From an uncultured Gemmatimonadota bacterium (GTDB lineage Bacteria; Gemmatimonadota; Gemmatimonadetes; Gemmatimonadales; GWC2-71-9), in contig CADEGB010000001.1 of NCBI GenBank assembly GCA_902826755.1, positions 1-63,831 on the forward strand: 63,831 bases of DNA, in the 5' to 3' direction. A program made the position numbers and the translations under genes. The notes beneath the pieces were generated by a model. That model was given only the letters and a program-made list of their open reading frames with translations. It was not told where the DNA came from and did no database searches. Below, in pieces: positions 35,440-45,882 of the stretch (positions are counted from its first letter, which is position 1; each line of letters opens with the position of its first letter).

Positions 35440-36892
35440 CCCGGACGGGCTTGCCGGGAAACACGCCCTTCACCAACTCACCACCCCGGACCACGAACGT
35501 TCCCCCCACGATCACGTGCGGAATCCCGGCCGACGGCTGGGTCGGCTCGGTGAACGTGGCCCGGTCGATAACGGTTGCCGGATCGAAGAGCGTGAGGTCC
35601 GCGTCGGCGCCGACGGCAATGCGGCCCTTGTTCTTCATGGCCGGCACGAAACCCTCCAACCGCCGCGCGGGCAGGATCGTCATCTTCCCCAGCGCGTCCA
35701 TCAGCCCGAGCGCCTTCCGCTCCCGCACGTAGTGGCCGAGCACCCGGGCAAACGAACCCGCGCCCCGCGGGTGACCGGTACCATTGACGAAGGGTACCCC
35801 GTCGCTCGCGATCATCACCCCAGGGTGGGCAATGGCCCGCTCGACGTTGGCGTCCTTCATCATGTAGATGATGACCCAGCCACCTTCCTTGCGGTACCGA
35901 TCGAAGCTCTCCTTCGTGAGCCGTTCGCCCGTCTTGGCCCAGGCCAGATCCGGATAGTCGATCTTCAGATTGGCTTGCCAGCCCGGATTGAACAACGCTG
36001 ACTCGAGCATCGTCGACGCCGCCGTGTACGGATACACCTCGGTCGTCAGATCCATCCCCCCGGCCTTGGCGGAGTCGATCAGCGCCAACGCCGTCGGCAG
36101 GTCGTCGCCCGCGCTGCTGCCGACGTGAACCACGTGGAGCGCCGCGCCAGTGGCGGCCGCGGTGGTGATCGCTTCGCGGATCGCCCCGATGCCGAAGGCA
36201 CGCGTGTGGACGAACACCGGCATCTTCCGCTCCGCGGCAATCCGGAACATGCTGGCGATCTCATCCGGGGTCGCGGCGGGCGTGTAGTTGATTCCGAACC
36301 CGACGCCGAGGGCGCCCTCATCGAGCCCCCTGCGGATCGCGCCCCCGAGCGCTTCGACCTGACCGGGGTTGGCCGCTGAGTTCGCTCCGGCCGGATCCGG
36401 CCCGAGCCCAGCCGTTGCCGCTCGGTTCAGCGGCCAGTGTCCCACCTCGACATCGTGGAATACGGCAAATCGGGCCGCGATGTGGCTCACCGTCGCGCCG
36501 TAGTTGAGGGGCGCCTTGCCAACCATCGACTGGTACCACGGGTCGACCGGATAGACCCCCACCTCCATCTCCAACGCGGTCGTGACCCCGTCCCGGGCCT
36601 GGATCTCCATGTCGCTGGTCGACTGGCCGTGGGCGTGGAGATCGATGAAACCCGGGGCGATCACCAGTCCGTTGGCATCGAGCACGCTGTCACTGGCCAA
36701 CGGCTCGGCCGAGATCGCCGCGATCTTCCCCGCCAGGATCCCCACGTTGCGGACCGAGTCGAGCCCGGAGGCCGGATCCATCACCCGACCACCGCGGATC
36801 ACCAGGTCGTATCGAGGGCCGCTGGCACAACCGGCCACGGCCACTGTCAGGAGCCCAACCGCCGCCAACAGCCGCCAACGTCCGATCACCAT
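35420..36892 (-). CDS. N-acyl-D-amino-acid deacylase (D-aminoacylase)-family amidohydrolase lipoprotein
   Basis: The lipobox is LLTVAVAGC. The family pattern includes PGFIDLHAHGQS and GRIAVGADADLTLFDP. It overlaps the convergent oxidoreductase gene by 20 nt. Confidence 0.8.
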   Translation of the reverse strand: MVIGRWRLLAAVGLLTVAVAGCASGPRYDLVIRGGRVMDPASGLDSVRNVGILAGKIAAISAEPLASDSVLDANGLVIAPGFIDLHAHGQSTSDMEIQARDGVTTALEMEVGVYPVDPWYQSMVGKAPLNYGATVSHIAARFAVFHDVEVGHWPLNRAATAGLGPDPAGANSAANPGQVEALGGAIRRGLDEGALGVGFGINYTPAATPDEIASMFRIAAERKMPVFVHTRAFGIGAIREAITTAAATGAALHVVHVGSSAGDDLPTALALIDSAKAGGMDLTTEVYPYTAASTMLESALFNPGWQANLKIDYPDLAWAKTGERLTKESFDRYRKEGGWVIIYMMKDANVERAIAHPGVMIASDGVPFVNGTGHPRGAGSFARVLGHYVRERKALGLMDALGKMTILPARRLEGFVPAMKNKGRIAVGADADLTLFDPATVIDRATFTEPTQPSAGIPHVIVGGTFVVRGGELVKGVFPGKPVRVSPPTK

Positions 36893-36928
36893 CGGATCAC
36901 CCTTTGTGGAAGAAATGGTGGTTTGCCG

Positions 36929-37912
36929 CTACGGAATCCTGGGCTTTTTCAGCAGCCCCTTGAGCTTGCTGGTCGCGGCGTTCTTGGCCGCGTCCTTCGC
37001 GGCGTTGGCCATCGCCTTCTTCATCTCGGTCGCGACATTGGCCATCACCGCGCCCATGTCCACGTTCTTGATGAAGTCGCACGCCGCCTTCATCTGCTCC
37101 TTCTGCTCAGGCGTCATCTCCGTCGGCTGCCCCTTGGCCGCCGCTTCCGCCTTGGCTTTCTCCAACTCAGCCTTCGACGCCGCGATCGAGTCGGCCAACT
37201 CCTGGCTCGAAATGTAGGCCACCATCGCCCGAGCCGCCGAGTCTGGGTCTTGGCCTCCCATCATTGGACGGTACGTGATCCCCGAGGGCGGCTCGAACGC
37301 CGAGCCCGGGGGCGCCGCCAGCGAGACCGAAGTGGCCGTCTGTTCGAACCGGAAGCAGAGAAGGTCACCCGTGGTCTTGAGAGCCAGGCGGGGTCCCTTC
37401 TTCATCGAGCAGACCTGGAAGGTGCCGAACTGCCGGTTTTCGCAGACCTCCCCCGCGATCGTCTCGTCTCCGAGCTTCTCGCCCAGCGACCCGAAGGAGT
37501 TCACGTCGAACGCCTTCGACATCATCGCGCCCATTTCCTTGATGTTGTCGTGGAAGCGCTTCTTGCCAGCTCCATCGAGGTCGTCGTAGGCCTTGGCGTA
37601 GCGGGGCAGCAGGTTGGGGCCGACCAGGCCCTCTTTCTTCTCCAGATCGATCGAATACATCGAGTCTGGCGTCACCAGCGTCCAGCTGGACGCCTTGTTC
37701 TCTTTGCCCATCATCTTGATCGTGCCGGTCGACTTCGACATGAACCGCTCGCCATCGATGGCCGTCTCGGCGGTCCCGGTCTGGTCGCCCCCGAGCTGAT
37801 ACGTCACCTGGGCCTTGAGCGTGCTCTTCGGCATTTTGAATGGGTTGGGCTGGGCCACCGCAACGCTGGCCACCATGCCGACCAACCCGGTTACTGCCAA
37901 TCCGATCTTCAT
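36929..37912 (-). CDS. Secreted Lys-rich hypothetical protein
   Basis: The signal is [21 protein letters not shown]. The tail is K/A/E-rich ([16 protein letters not shown]...[18 protein letters not shown]). Codons are visibly more A/T-rich than in flanking genes. Confidence 0.65.
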   Translation of the reverse strand: MKIGLAVTGLVGMVASVAVAQPNPFKMPKSTLKAQVTYQLGGDQTGTAETAIDGERFMSKSTGTIKMMGKENKASSWTLVTPDSMYSIDLEKKEGLVGPNLLPRYAKAYDDLDGAGKKRFHDNIKEMGAMMSKAFDVNSFGSLGEKLGDETIAGEVCENRQFGTFQVCSMKKGPRLALKTTGDLLCFRFEQTATSVSLAAPPGSAFEPPSGITYRPMMGGQDPDSAARAMVAYISSQELADSIAASKAELEKAKAEAAAKGQPTEMTPEQKEQMKAACDFIKNVDMGAVMANVATEMKKAMANAAKDAAKNAATSKLKGLLKKPRIP

Positions 37913-38028
37913 GCGCTATCTCCTGTAGGATTAGAAGGTTACGGGCGTTCTGCGGGGCCGGCCACCACTCTTCGGATTGGCCTTCGGGACCACCGGGCGG
38001 TCCGCCTCCCGGGCGCTATATTCTCCCC

Positions 38029-38676
38029 ATGCCCCCACACCCGGATCACCCCACCCTCACCGTCCTCGACCATCCGCTCATTCAACATAAGCTGGCGATC
38101 ATGCGGGATCGTGAAACCGCGACCAAGAACTTTCGCCAGCTCGTCGGCGAAATCGCCATGCTGATGACCTACGAGGTGACGCGCGAGCTGGCCACCGAAT
38201 CGGTCACGATCGAGACCCCCCTCGAACGGATGACGGCTAACCGGGTGGCCGGCAAGAAGTTGGTCCTGGTACCGATCCTCCGGGCCGGACTCGGGATGGT
38301 GGACGGAATCTTGCAACTCGTACCCTCGGCCCGGGTTGGCCACATCGGCCTGTACCGGGATCATGAGACCCTCGAGCCGGTCAGCTACTATTTCAAGGTG
38401 CCGGAGGCCAGTGACGCCCGCGACGTCTTCCTGCTCGATCCGATGTTGGCCACGGGCGGTTCCGCGGCGGCGGCGGTGGCCAAACTCAAGGCCGTCGGCG
38501 CAACCCGGATCCGGTTCCTTTGCCTGGTGGCCGCCCCGGAGGGAGTGCGCGGGTTTGCCGCCAAGCACCCGGATGTCCCGATCTATGCCGCGGCGCTGGA
38601 TCGGCAACTCAATGACCACGGGTACATTCTCCCCGGTCTCGGTGACGCCGGCGATCGGCTCTTTGGAACCCGATAA
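38029..38676 (+). CDS. upp: Uracil phosphoribosyltransferase
   Basis: Motifs are [42 protein letters not shown] and [16 protein letters not shown]. Confidence 0.95.
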   Translation: MPPHPDHPTLTVLDHPLIQHKLAIMRDRETATKNFRQLVGEIAMLMTYEVTRELATESVTIETPLERMTANRVAGKKLVLVPILRAGLGMVDGILQLVPSARVGHIGLYRDHETLEPVSYYFKVPEASDARDVFLLDPMLATGGSAAAAVAKLKAVGATRIRFLCLVAAPEGVRGFAAKHPDVPIYAAALDRQLNDHGYILPGLGDAGDRLFGTR

Positions 38677-38709
38677 CCTCGATCCGATCCGGATCACGAG
38701 AGGAACAGC

Positions 38710-40104
38710 GTGAGTGGAATTCGCCTGACGTTCTGGGGCGCGGCTGGTGAAGTCACCGGCTCGATGCACCTCCTCGAAGCGGCCGGAGCCCGCTTCCTCC
38801 TCGACGCCGGCCTCTTTCAGGGTCGTCGCGTCGAAGCAGCCCGCAAAAACGCCGAGCTTCCGCTCGACCCCCGCCGAATCGACGGGGTGGTCCTGAGCCA
38901 TGCCCACATTGACCACGCGGGCCGCCTGCCGCTGCTGGTCCGGCACGGCTTTCACGGCCCGATCTACGCCACACCCGCCACGCGCGACCTCACCGCCGTG
39001 ATGCTCCCCGACGCGGCCCACATTCAGGTCAAGGACGCGGAGTTCCTTACCCGCCATGGCCGCGCCAAAGGGCCCGAGAGCGAGCCGCTGTACAACCTCG
39101 CCGACGCGATCGCCGTGCAGGATCTGATCGTGGGTGTGCCGTACAAACGGATCACCCACCTTCGCAAGCACCTGGCTTTCGAGTTCACCGACGCCGGCCA
39201 TATCCTCGGCTCCGCCTCGGTCGATCTCCGCCTGACCGAAGACGGCGGTCACCGAATCGTCTTCTCGGGTGACATCGGCCGCAGTGGGCTCCCGATCATT
39301 CGCGACCCCGATCCGCCGGTCGGACCGATCGATACCCTGATCATCGAATCCACCTACGGCAACCGCGATCACGAGTCGACGGATCAAGCCGAACAGCGGT
39401 TCGGCGAAATCATCAAGCGCGTCGCCGCCCGCGGCGGAAAGATCCTGATTCCGTCGTTTGCCGTGGGGCGGACCCAGGAACTGGTCTATTCGCTCCACCA
39501 CCTTGCCCGGACCGGCGTCATCCCCGACATCCCGGTCTTCGTCGACAGCCCCCTCGCGGTCGACGCGACCACCGTGTTTCGGATGCACCCCGAGGTGTTC
39601 GATCGGCGGGAGCGGCTGTTCGAACGGACCGACCAGGTCTTCGACTTCTCGATGGTCAAATACGTCCGCTCGGTCGACGAGTCCAAGCGGTTGAACACCC
39701 TCACGGGCCCGGCCATCATCATCGCGGCCTCCGGAATGGCCGAATCCGGCCGGATCCTCCATCACCTGGCCAACCACGTCAGCAACCCGCGGAACCTCGT
39801 CCTGTTCGTCGGCTTCCAGGGGGAGCATACGCTCGGCCGCCGGATCCAGGAGGGTGCCGAGGAGGTCAGGATCTTCGGCGAGATGGTCCCCCGTCGAGCC
39901 GAAGTCGAGACGATCGGCGGCTACTCCGCCCACGCCGATCGAACCGAACTTCGGGCCTGGGTCAAAGCCCTTGGCGGTCCGGTCCGACGCGCGTTCGTGG
40001 TCCACGGTGAGCCGGACGCCGCCACCGCCATGGCCGGCATCCTCCGGGAGTGCGGAGTGGCCGAGGTCACCGTTCCCCGCCTCGGCGAATCGTTCACGCT
40101 GTGA
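38710..40104 (+). CDS. MBL-fold beta-CASP family RNA-metabolising hydrolase
   Basis: HAHIDHAGRLP is the HxHxDH motif. IIESTYGNRDH, beta-CASP motifs and the C-terminal GGYSAHADRTEL are also present. Confidence 0.85.
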   Translation: MSGIRLTFWGAAGEVTGSMHLLEAAGARFLLDAGLFQGRRVEAARKNAELPLDPRRIDGVVLSHAHIDHAGRLPLLVRHGFHGPIYATPATRDLTAVMLPDAAHIQVKDAEFLTRHGRAKGPESEPLYNLADAIAVQDLIVGVPYKRITHLRKHLAFEFTDAGHILGSASVDLRLTEDGGHRIVFSGDIGRSGLPIIRDPDPPVGPIDTLIIESTYGNRDHESTDQAEQRFGEIIKRVAARGGKILIPSFAVGRTQELVYSLHHLARTGVIPDIPVFVDSPLAVDATTVFRMHPEVFDRRERLFERTDQVFDFSMVKYVRSVDESKRLNTLTGPAIIIAASGMAESGRILHHLANHVSNPRNLVLFVGFQGEHTLGRRIQEGAEEVRIFGEMVPRRAEVETIGGYSAHADRTELRAWVKALGGPVRRAFVVHGEPDAATAMAGILRECGVAEVTVPRLGESFTL

Positions 40105-40703
40105 TCCCTCCGGCGGTCCGGTGGCTCGTCCGCGCCGCCCTCCTGGGCGGCGTCGTCTATCTGGGCCTCGTGGCCTGGGTCTGGCGGCAGAGTCGCCAGG
40201 ACCAACGCCGGTCCGTCGACGCCATCGTCATCCTCGGCGCCGCGCAGTACAACGGGAAGCCGTCGCCGGTACTCAAGGCGCGGATCGATCACGCCCTCGA
40301 CCTCTTCCGACTCGGTCTGGCCCCTCGCATCGTGGCCACTGGCGGCACCCACCCCGGCGACTCCGAGAGCGAAGCCCGAGTCCAGGCCCGCTACCTGACC
40401 CAAGCCGGGGTTCCCGACTCCGCCGTCGTCGAATTGCCCCACGGTCAGTCAACCCAGGCATCGATGACCGCGCTCGGCGAATGGGCCCGAGGCGGCGGGA
40501 TCCGCTCCGTCCTCCTGGTCAGCGACGGATTCCACCTCGGCAGGCTTCGCCTCGAAGCATCGCGGCTCAGTCTCACTGCCTACACGTCCCCGGCTCCCGA
40601 AAGCCCCATCAACCCGGGCGGATCACGCGAAATCGGCTACCTCCTCAAGGAAGCCGCCAAGATCCCCATCATCTGGGTGAAATCACTTAGTAGTAGCAAT
40701 TAG
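40101..40703 (+). CDS. DUF218 (YdcF/ElyC/SanA-like) membrane-anchored protein
   Basis: The GTG at 40101 overlaps the upstream stop (GTGA). The TM is WLVRAALLGGVVYLGLVAWVW. Motifs are DAIVILGAAQ and LLVSDGFHLGR. Confidence 0.8.
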   Translation: MIPPAVRWLVRAALLGGVVYLGLVAWVWRQSRQDQRRSVDAIVILGAAQYNGKPSPVLKARIDHALDLFRLGLAPRIVATGGTHPGDSESEARVQARYLTQAGVPDSAVVELPHGQSTQASMTALGEWARGGGIRSVLLVSDGFHLGRLRLEASRLSLTAYTSPAPESPINPGGSREIGYLLKEAAKIPIIWVKSLSSSN

Positions 40704-40710
40704 GACTTCT

Positions 40711-41247
40711 ATGATCATCAAGTCGACCCGAGTGCACACCGGACGCGTCATCAGGCTGGACGTCGACCAAGTCCAATTCCCCGATGGCTCCGAAGGCCAA
40801 CTCGAGATGATCCGACACCCCGGAGCTGCCGCGGTGGTCCCGATGCTCGACCCGCCGGCCGCCGCTGACCCCCGGGTCGTTCTCATCCGCCAGTTCCGGC
40901 ACGCCGCCGACGATTTCATCTGGGAGGTACCAGCCGGCACCCTCGCGCCAGGGGAGGCCCCCGAGGATTGCGCCGCCCGGGAGTTGAGCGAGGAAGCCGG
41001 CTTTCAGGCCGGCCAACTCACCTACCTGACCAACATCTTCACCGCCCCAGGCTTCACCGACGAGCGAATTCACCTCTATCTGGCCCACGACCTGACCCCG
41101 GTCGAAACCCACCGCGACCGCGACGAGTTCATCACGGTCTTCGAGTTCCCATGGTCGGAGGTGGGCCGGATGATCCGGCGGCGTGAGATCCGGGACGCCA
41201 AGTCGTTGAGCGCCTTGATGTTCGTTCAGAGCTTCCTGCGACCATAG
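40711..41247 (+). CDS. NUDIX hydrolase (ADP-ribose pyrophosphatase-like)
   Basis: The full Nudix box GTLAPGEAPEDCAARELSEEAGF matches Gx5Ex7REUxEExGU. Confidence 0.9.
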   Translation: MIIKSTRVHTGRVIRLDVDQVQFPDGSEGQLEMIRHPGAAAVVPMLDPPAAADPRVVLIRQFRHAADDFIWEVPAGTLAPGEAPEDCAARELSEEAGFQAGQLTYLTNIFTAPGFTDERIHLYLAHDLTPVETHRDRDEFITVFEFPWSEVGRMIRRREIRDAKSLSALMFVQSFLRP

Positions 41248-41301
41248 GGATCCGCCGGACGCCTCGTCCTTCCCCCCCGGCGGCTATAGATTCCCCTGGC
41301 A

Positions 41302-42366
41302 ATGACCGCCCTGAGAACCGAGTCCTTCGACACGCTCTTCAAAGCCCTTCGTAAAGGGGAGGTGCCGGGCTCGCTCTACCTCCACGGCCCCGAGGAAGTG
41401 CTGAAGGAAGAGATCGTGGCCGAGATTCTCGATCGCACGGTCGACCCCTCGCTCCGGGATTTCAACTACGACCAGCGATCCGCCGCTTCGCTCGACCCCG
41501 AACAGGCCGAGACGCTCTGCACCACGCTGCCCATGATGGCCGATAAGCGGGTCGTGGTGATACGCGATGTCGAGTCGTGGAACAAACGGGCCAAGGCCAA
41601 AGCCGCGGTCCTCCGCTACCTTGGCCGACCAGCGCTGGAAACGGTACTCGTCCTCGTGCAGGGCGGCAGCGAAGACGACGTCGACGCCGACCTCGCCGCC
41701 AAAACCCTCTCCGTCCGGATGGACCACCTGCCGAGCGATCGGGCGCAGCGATGGCTGGTGCGGCGCGCCGAACAGCTCGGCGTGGCCCTGGAGGACTCGG
41801 CGGCGGAACACCTCGTCAAGGTCACCGGCGGCGGTCTGAGTGACATTCGCTCCGAGCTCGACAAGCTCGCGGGGCTGGGTGGGGGTGCCCCGCTCACGCT
41901 CGACCGCGTGGCCGCTCTCCTCGGCATTCGTCACGGCGAGACCCAGGCCGACTGGCGCGATCTCGTCCTCGAGGGACAGGTTGGCCGCGCGGTGTCGATC
42001 CTCCCCCACCTGCTCGCGCAGACCGGGGTGTCCGGCGTCGGCCTGGTGGCGCTCCTCGGACCGGCGGTGACTGGCATCGGCCTGGCCCGTACGCTCCTCG
42101 ACCGGGGAACTCGTGGCGCCGCGCTCGTCGGCGCGATCAAACAGGCCCTGTTTCGGACCCGGCCTCCCTACCGGTTCGGCTACGATCAGGCCGCCGCGCA
42201 GTGGGCCCGGCTGGCCCCCCAATGGCCGCTTGCCCGTATCGAGGCGGCCTTCGTCGCGCTGCGACGGGCTGACGAACGGCTCAAGACCACGGCCGTCTCC
42301 GACGAGCGGGCCATCCTTTTCGACCTCTGTATGGAGCTCGTGCTGCCATGGCAACGCGCCGCCTGA
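41302..42366 (+). CDS. holA: DNA polymerase III delta subunit
   Basis: The protein is 354 aa. The N-terminus YLHGPEEVLKEEIV...DFNYDQ and a helical C-terminal domain fit the family. It sits in a replication/repair block next to mutS. Confidence 0.75.
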   Translation: MTALRTESFDTLFKALRKGEVPGSLYLHGPEEVLKEEIVAEILDRTVDPSLRDFNYDQRSAASLDPEQAETLCTTLPMMADKRVVVIRDVESWNKRAKAKAAVLRYLGRPALETVLVLVQGGSEDDVDADLAAKTLSVRMDHLPSDRAQRWLVRRAEQLGVALEDSAAEHLVKVTGGGLSDIRSELDKLAGLGGGAPLTLDRVAALLGIRHGETQADWRDLVLEGQVGRAVSILPHLLAQTGVSGVGLVALLGPAVTGIGLARTLLDRGTRGAALVGAIKQALFRTRPPYRFGYDQAAAQWARLAPQWPLARIEAAFVALRRADERLKTTAVSDERAILFDLCMELVLPWQRAA

Positions 42367-43238
42367 TCGTCTCTCTCGGGGCCGTCGCCCTTCTCGCCTT
42401 CGTGGCACGACCGGGCGAGGCGCAGACCGAGCCTCGGCTCGTGGCGGCCGTTCAACTCGCTCAGAACGGGTTGCCGGATTCCGCCCGCGCCATCGTGCAG
42501 CGGCTCCAGTCCGCCACCGAACCGACGGACTCCCTCTATCCCCAGATTCTCTACGCCGCCGGCCTGGTGGCGGCCACCGAGCACGATCGGGGGATTCACC
42601 TCCGTCGGGTCGTCGTCGAGTACTCGACCTCGGCCTGGGCCGACGATGCCCTCTTTCTGCTCGGCATGGTCGCCTACGCCAACGGCAACCCCGGATCCGC
42701 TCTCGCCCAGTTTGCCCGGGTCGTGAGCGACTATCCCACCAGTCCCCTGATTGCTCAAGCGGCCTTTTGGGGCGCCAGGGCCGCCGGTGACCTCCAGAAC
42801 GCCGCGGAAGCTTGCCGACTCGCTGATCTGGGCCTGGCCGCCAACGCCGCCGACGTCGAGCTCAAGAACCAGCTCGAGTATCAGCGGCAACGCTGCTCCG
42901 CCCTCGCCACCATGACCCGGGACAGCTCCAAGCCGACTGCCGTCGCACCAACCGAGGCGCCCCGGGACTCCGCCAGGACCCCCGCCAAACCGGCCGCGCC
43001 CGCCCCGGCCACCAAGGGCATCTGGGTCCAGGCCATCGCTGCCCCGACCCAAGCCAATGCGGACGAGACGGTGGCGAAGCTGAAGCGGGCCGGGTTCGAG
43101 GCTCAGGTGGTCCGCGAGGGCGGGTTCTTCAAAGTGCGGGCCGGACCCTTCCCGAGTCGAGCGGCAGCCACCACCGCCCTCGCCACGATCCGAACCCGGA
43201 TCGGGGGCAAGCCATTCATCGTGGTGGTCGACCAGTGA
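42348..43238 (+). CDS. Secreted TPR-like (YbgF/CpoB-like) protein with a C-terminal SPOR peptidoglycan-binding domain
   Basis: The signal is LGAVALLAFVARPGEAQ. A TPR-like segment reads WADDALFLLGMVAYANGNPGSALAQFARVVSDYP. The SPOR-like end reads WVQAIAAPTQANADETVAKLKRAGFEAQVVREGGFFKVRAGPF. Confidence 0.75.
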   Translation: MATRRLIVSLGAVALLAFVARPGEAQTEPRLVAAVQLAQNGLPDSARAIVQRLQSATEPTDSLYPQILYAAGLVAATEHDRGIHLRRVVVEYSTSAWADDALFLLGMVAYANGNPGSALAQFARVVSDYPTSPLIAQAAFWGARAAGDLQNAAEACRLADLGLAANAADVELKNQLEYQRQRCSALATMTRDSSKPTAVAPTEAPRDSARTPAKPAAPAPATKGIWVQAIAAPTQANADETVAKLKRAGFEAQVVREGGFFKVRAGPFPSRAAATTALATIRTRIGGKPFIVVVDQ

Positions 43239-43251
43239 CGCCAGGCATCGC

Positions 43252-45882
43252 GTGAGCCTCTCGCTCTCGGAGAACACCCCGCTCCTCAAGCAGTACAAGG
43301 AGATCAAGTCGCACCACCGCGACAAGATCCTCTTTTTCCGGATGGGTGACTTCTACGAGATGTTTTACGACGACGCCGAGGTCGCGTCTCGGCTCCTCAA
43401 CATCACCCTGACGGCGCGCGGTGACGGCGTCCCGCTCGCCGGCGTTCCGGTCAAAGCAGCGGCTGAATACCTCAAACAGCTGGTGGCCGGAGGCCACCGG
43501 GTGGCGATCTGTGAGCAGGTCGAGGATCCCAAGAAGGCCAAGGGAATCGTTCGCCGCGAGGTGGTGGAAACCGTCACCCCTGGCGCGCTCCTCGAGGAAG
43601 ACTGGCTCCCCGGAAGCCGGAACAACTTCATCATGGCGCTTCATCCCGGCGATGACCGTCACTCGGCCGGCCTCGCCGCGATCGATCTCTCGACCGGCGA
43701 GTTCTTCCTCGAGACCCTCCCGGCCGAACGGCTCGATGAGGCCCTCGGCCGGATCGCGCCGGCGGAGTTGGTCATGCCACCGGATGCCGGTCCGACCGAT
43801 CACGAGGGAATGCTGACCCGCCGCGAGAGTTGGGAGTTCGACGCCGAACTCGCCAGCGAGGAACTCTGCCGCCGGTTTGCCGTGGCCTCCCTCGACGGGT
43901 GGGGCCTCGAGGCGGATGACCGCGCCGCCGTGGGCGCCGCGGGGGCACTGCTCCGATACCTGAGCGAAATCCAGCCGGGCGGCCTGGCACACCTCCTCCG
44001 GCCTGCCGTCCGCCGATCCGAACGGTTCCTTTGGCTCGACGAGATGACCCGCCGGAATCTCGAGCTGGTCGAGCCACTCCGCGCCGGCACCCGCGGTGTC
44101 ACCCTGCTCGAAGCGCTCGACGCGACCGTCACGCCGATGGGCGCCCGGCTCCTCCGGCAGTGGGTCCTTTCACCCCTCCGCGACGTAGCCGAGGTCAACC
44201 GGCGCCTCGACGCCGTCCAGGCCGCCGTGGAACGACCCGGCCCCCGGGCCGACGCCCGCGAAGCCCTGGACGGCGTGCGGGACGTCGAGCGACTGGCCGG
44301 CCGCGCGGCGGCGGGACGGGCCAACCCTCGCGAACTCGGCGCGCTCCGCGACTCCTTCCGACGCCTTCCCCGGGTGGCGGCCGCGCTGGCCGAGCTGATC
44401 CCCGGCGGTCAGGTCGATCATCCGCTCGCCGCGCTCCTCGGCGACCTCGACCGACTCGAGGACCTGACCTCCGAACTCGAGACCGCGCTCACCGATCGGC
44501 CGCCGGTCAATCTGGCCGACGGTGGCGTCATCCGGCCCGGGTTCGACCCCGAACTCGACGAGTCCCGCAGCCTCCGTGACGGCGGCAAACAGTACATCGC
44601 CTCGATCCAGCAACGAGAACGCGACCGCACCGGCATCGGATCGCTCAAGGTCGGATACAACAAGGTCTTCGGATTTTTCCTCGAGGTAACCCGGACCCAC
44701 TCGGCCAGGATCCCGGCCGACTACGAGCGGCGGCAAACGCTCGCCACCGCCGAACGGTACGTCACGCCCGAGCTCAAGGAATACGAGGCCAAGGTGCTCG
44801 GCGCCGAAGAACGAATGGGCGCCCGCGAAGCCGAGCTGTTCAACGCCCTGCGAAGCCAGGTCGGCGCCGCGATCGGCCGGATCCAGCGAACCGCGAAGAT
44901 CCTCGCGCACCTCGATGCCTGGACCGGGCTCGCCGAGGTCGCGGTGCTGCATCGGTATGTCAGGCCAGTGGTGACGGACGGATTCGACCTCGCGCTGCTC
45001 CAGAGCCGCCACCCCGTCATCGAACGGCTGATGCCGCGCGAGTCGTTCATCCCCAACGACGTGAAGTTCGAGGCGGCGAGTCGGGTTCAATTGGTCACCG
45101 GCCCGAACATGGCGGGCAAATCGACCATCCTCCGGCAGATCGGGCTCGTCGTGGTGATGGCACAGCTCGGTTCGTTCGTGCCCGCGGCGCAGGCAACGAT
45201 CGGCATGGTCGATCGCCTCTTCACCCGAGTCGGCGCCAGCGACAACCTCGCCCGGGGCCAATCGACGTTCATGGTTGAGATGAGCGAAACCAGCGCCATC
45301 CTCCACAACGCCGGACCCAAGAGCCTCGTCCTCCTCGACGAGATCGGGCGGGGAACCTCAACCTACGACGGGGTCGCGATCGCCTGGGCGGTCACCGAGC
45401 ACCTGCATGACCGCCTTGGCTGCAAGACGATGTTCGCGACCCACTACCACGAGCTGATGCAGTTGCCGGAGCGGCTGGCCCACGCCCGAAACATGAACGT
45501 GGCCGTCCGCGAAACCGGCGACACCGTGGTCTTTCTCCACCGCCTCGAAGCCGGTGGCACCGACCGTTCCTACGGGATCCATGTCGCCCAACTCGCCGGG
45601 CTGCCCGATCAGGTCGTCGGGCGGGCGCGCGAGGTCCTGCTGACCCTCGAAGGGGAACACCGGATGGTCCCGGGCCAGCCGCCTGCCACGGACGAAGGCC
45701 AGCTCGCGCTCTTCGGCGATCGGCCGGCGCGGGCAACCAAGAGCGGAAGCTCGCCCCGAACCACGCCGGCCAGCGACCCGATCCGCACGGCGCTCGCGGC
45801 CCTCGACGTCGAGCAGCTGACACCGCTGGAGGCACTCAACCGATTGGCCGAGCTCAAACGGCAGGCGGAACCCGGATCGTGA
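43252..45882 (+). CDS. mutS: DNA mismatch repair protein MutS
   Basis: Motifs are TPLLKQYKEIKSHHRDKILFFRMGDFYEMF, the Walker A TGPNMAGKST, DEIGRGTSTYDG and ATHYHEL. Confidence 0.97.
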   Translation: MSLSLSENTPLLKQYKEIKSHHRDKILFFRMGDFYEMFYDDAEVASRLLNITLTARGDGVPLAGVPVKAAAEYLKQLVAGGHRVAICEQVEDPKKAKGIVRREVVETVTPGALLEEDWLPGSRNNFIMALHPGDDRHSAGLAAIDLSTGEFFLETLPAERLDEALGRIAPAELVMPPDAGPTDHEGMLTRRESWEFDAELASEELCRRFAVASLDGWGLEADDRAAVGAAGALLRYLSEIQPGGLAHLLRPAVRRSERFLWLDEMTRRNLELVEPLRAGTRGVTLLEALDATVTPMGARLLRQWVLSPLRDVAEVNRRLDAVQAAVERPGPRADAREALDGVRDVERLAGRAAAGRANPRELGALRDSFRRLPRVAAALAELIPGGQVDHPLAALLGDLDRLEDLTSELETALTDRPPVNLADGGVIRPGFDPELDESRSLRDGGKQYIASIQQRERDRTGIGSLKVGYNKVFGFFLEVTRTHSARIPADYERRQTLATAERYVTPELKEYEAKVLGAEERMGAREAELFNALRSQVGAAIGRIQRTAKILAHLDAWTGLAEVAVLHRYVRPVVTDGFDLALLQSRHPVIERLMPRESFIPNDVKFEAASRVQLVTGPNMAGKSTILRQIGLVVVMAQLGSFVPAAQATIGMVDRLFTRVGASDNLARGQSTFMVEMSETSAILHNAGPKSLVLLDEIGRGTSTYDGVAIAWAVTEHLHDRLGCKTMFATHYHELMQLPERLAHARNMNVAVRETGDTVVFLHRLEAGGTDRSYGIHVAQLAGLPDQVVGRAREVLLTLEGEHRMVPGQPPATDEGQLALFGDRPARATKSGSSPRTTPASDPIRTALAALDVEQLTPLEALNRLAELKRQAEPGS

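Noticed and set aside
37939-40005. 688-aa minus-strand ORF spanning upp and the beta-CASP gene
   Set aside because: It crosses two independently well-supported plus-strand genes and an intergenic spacer, and has no recognisable motifs.
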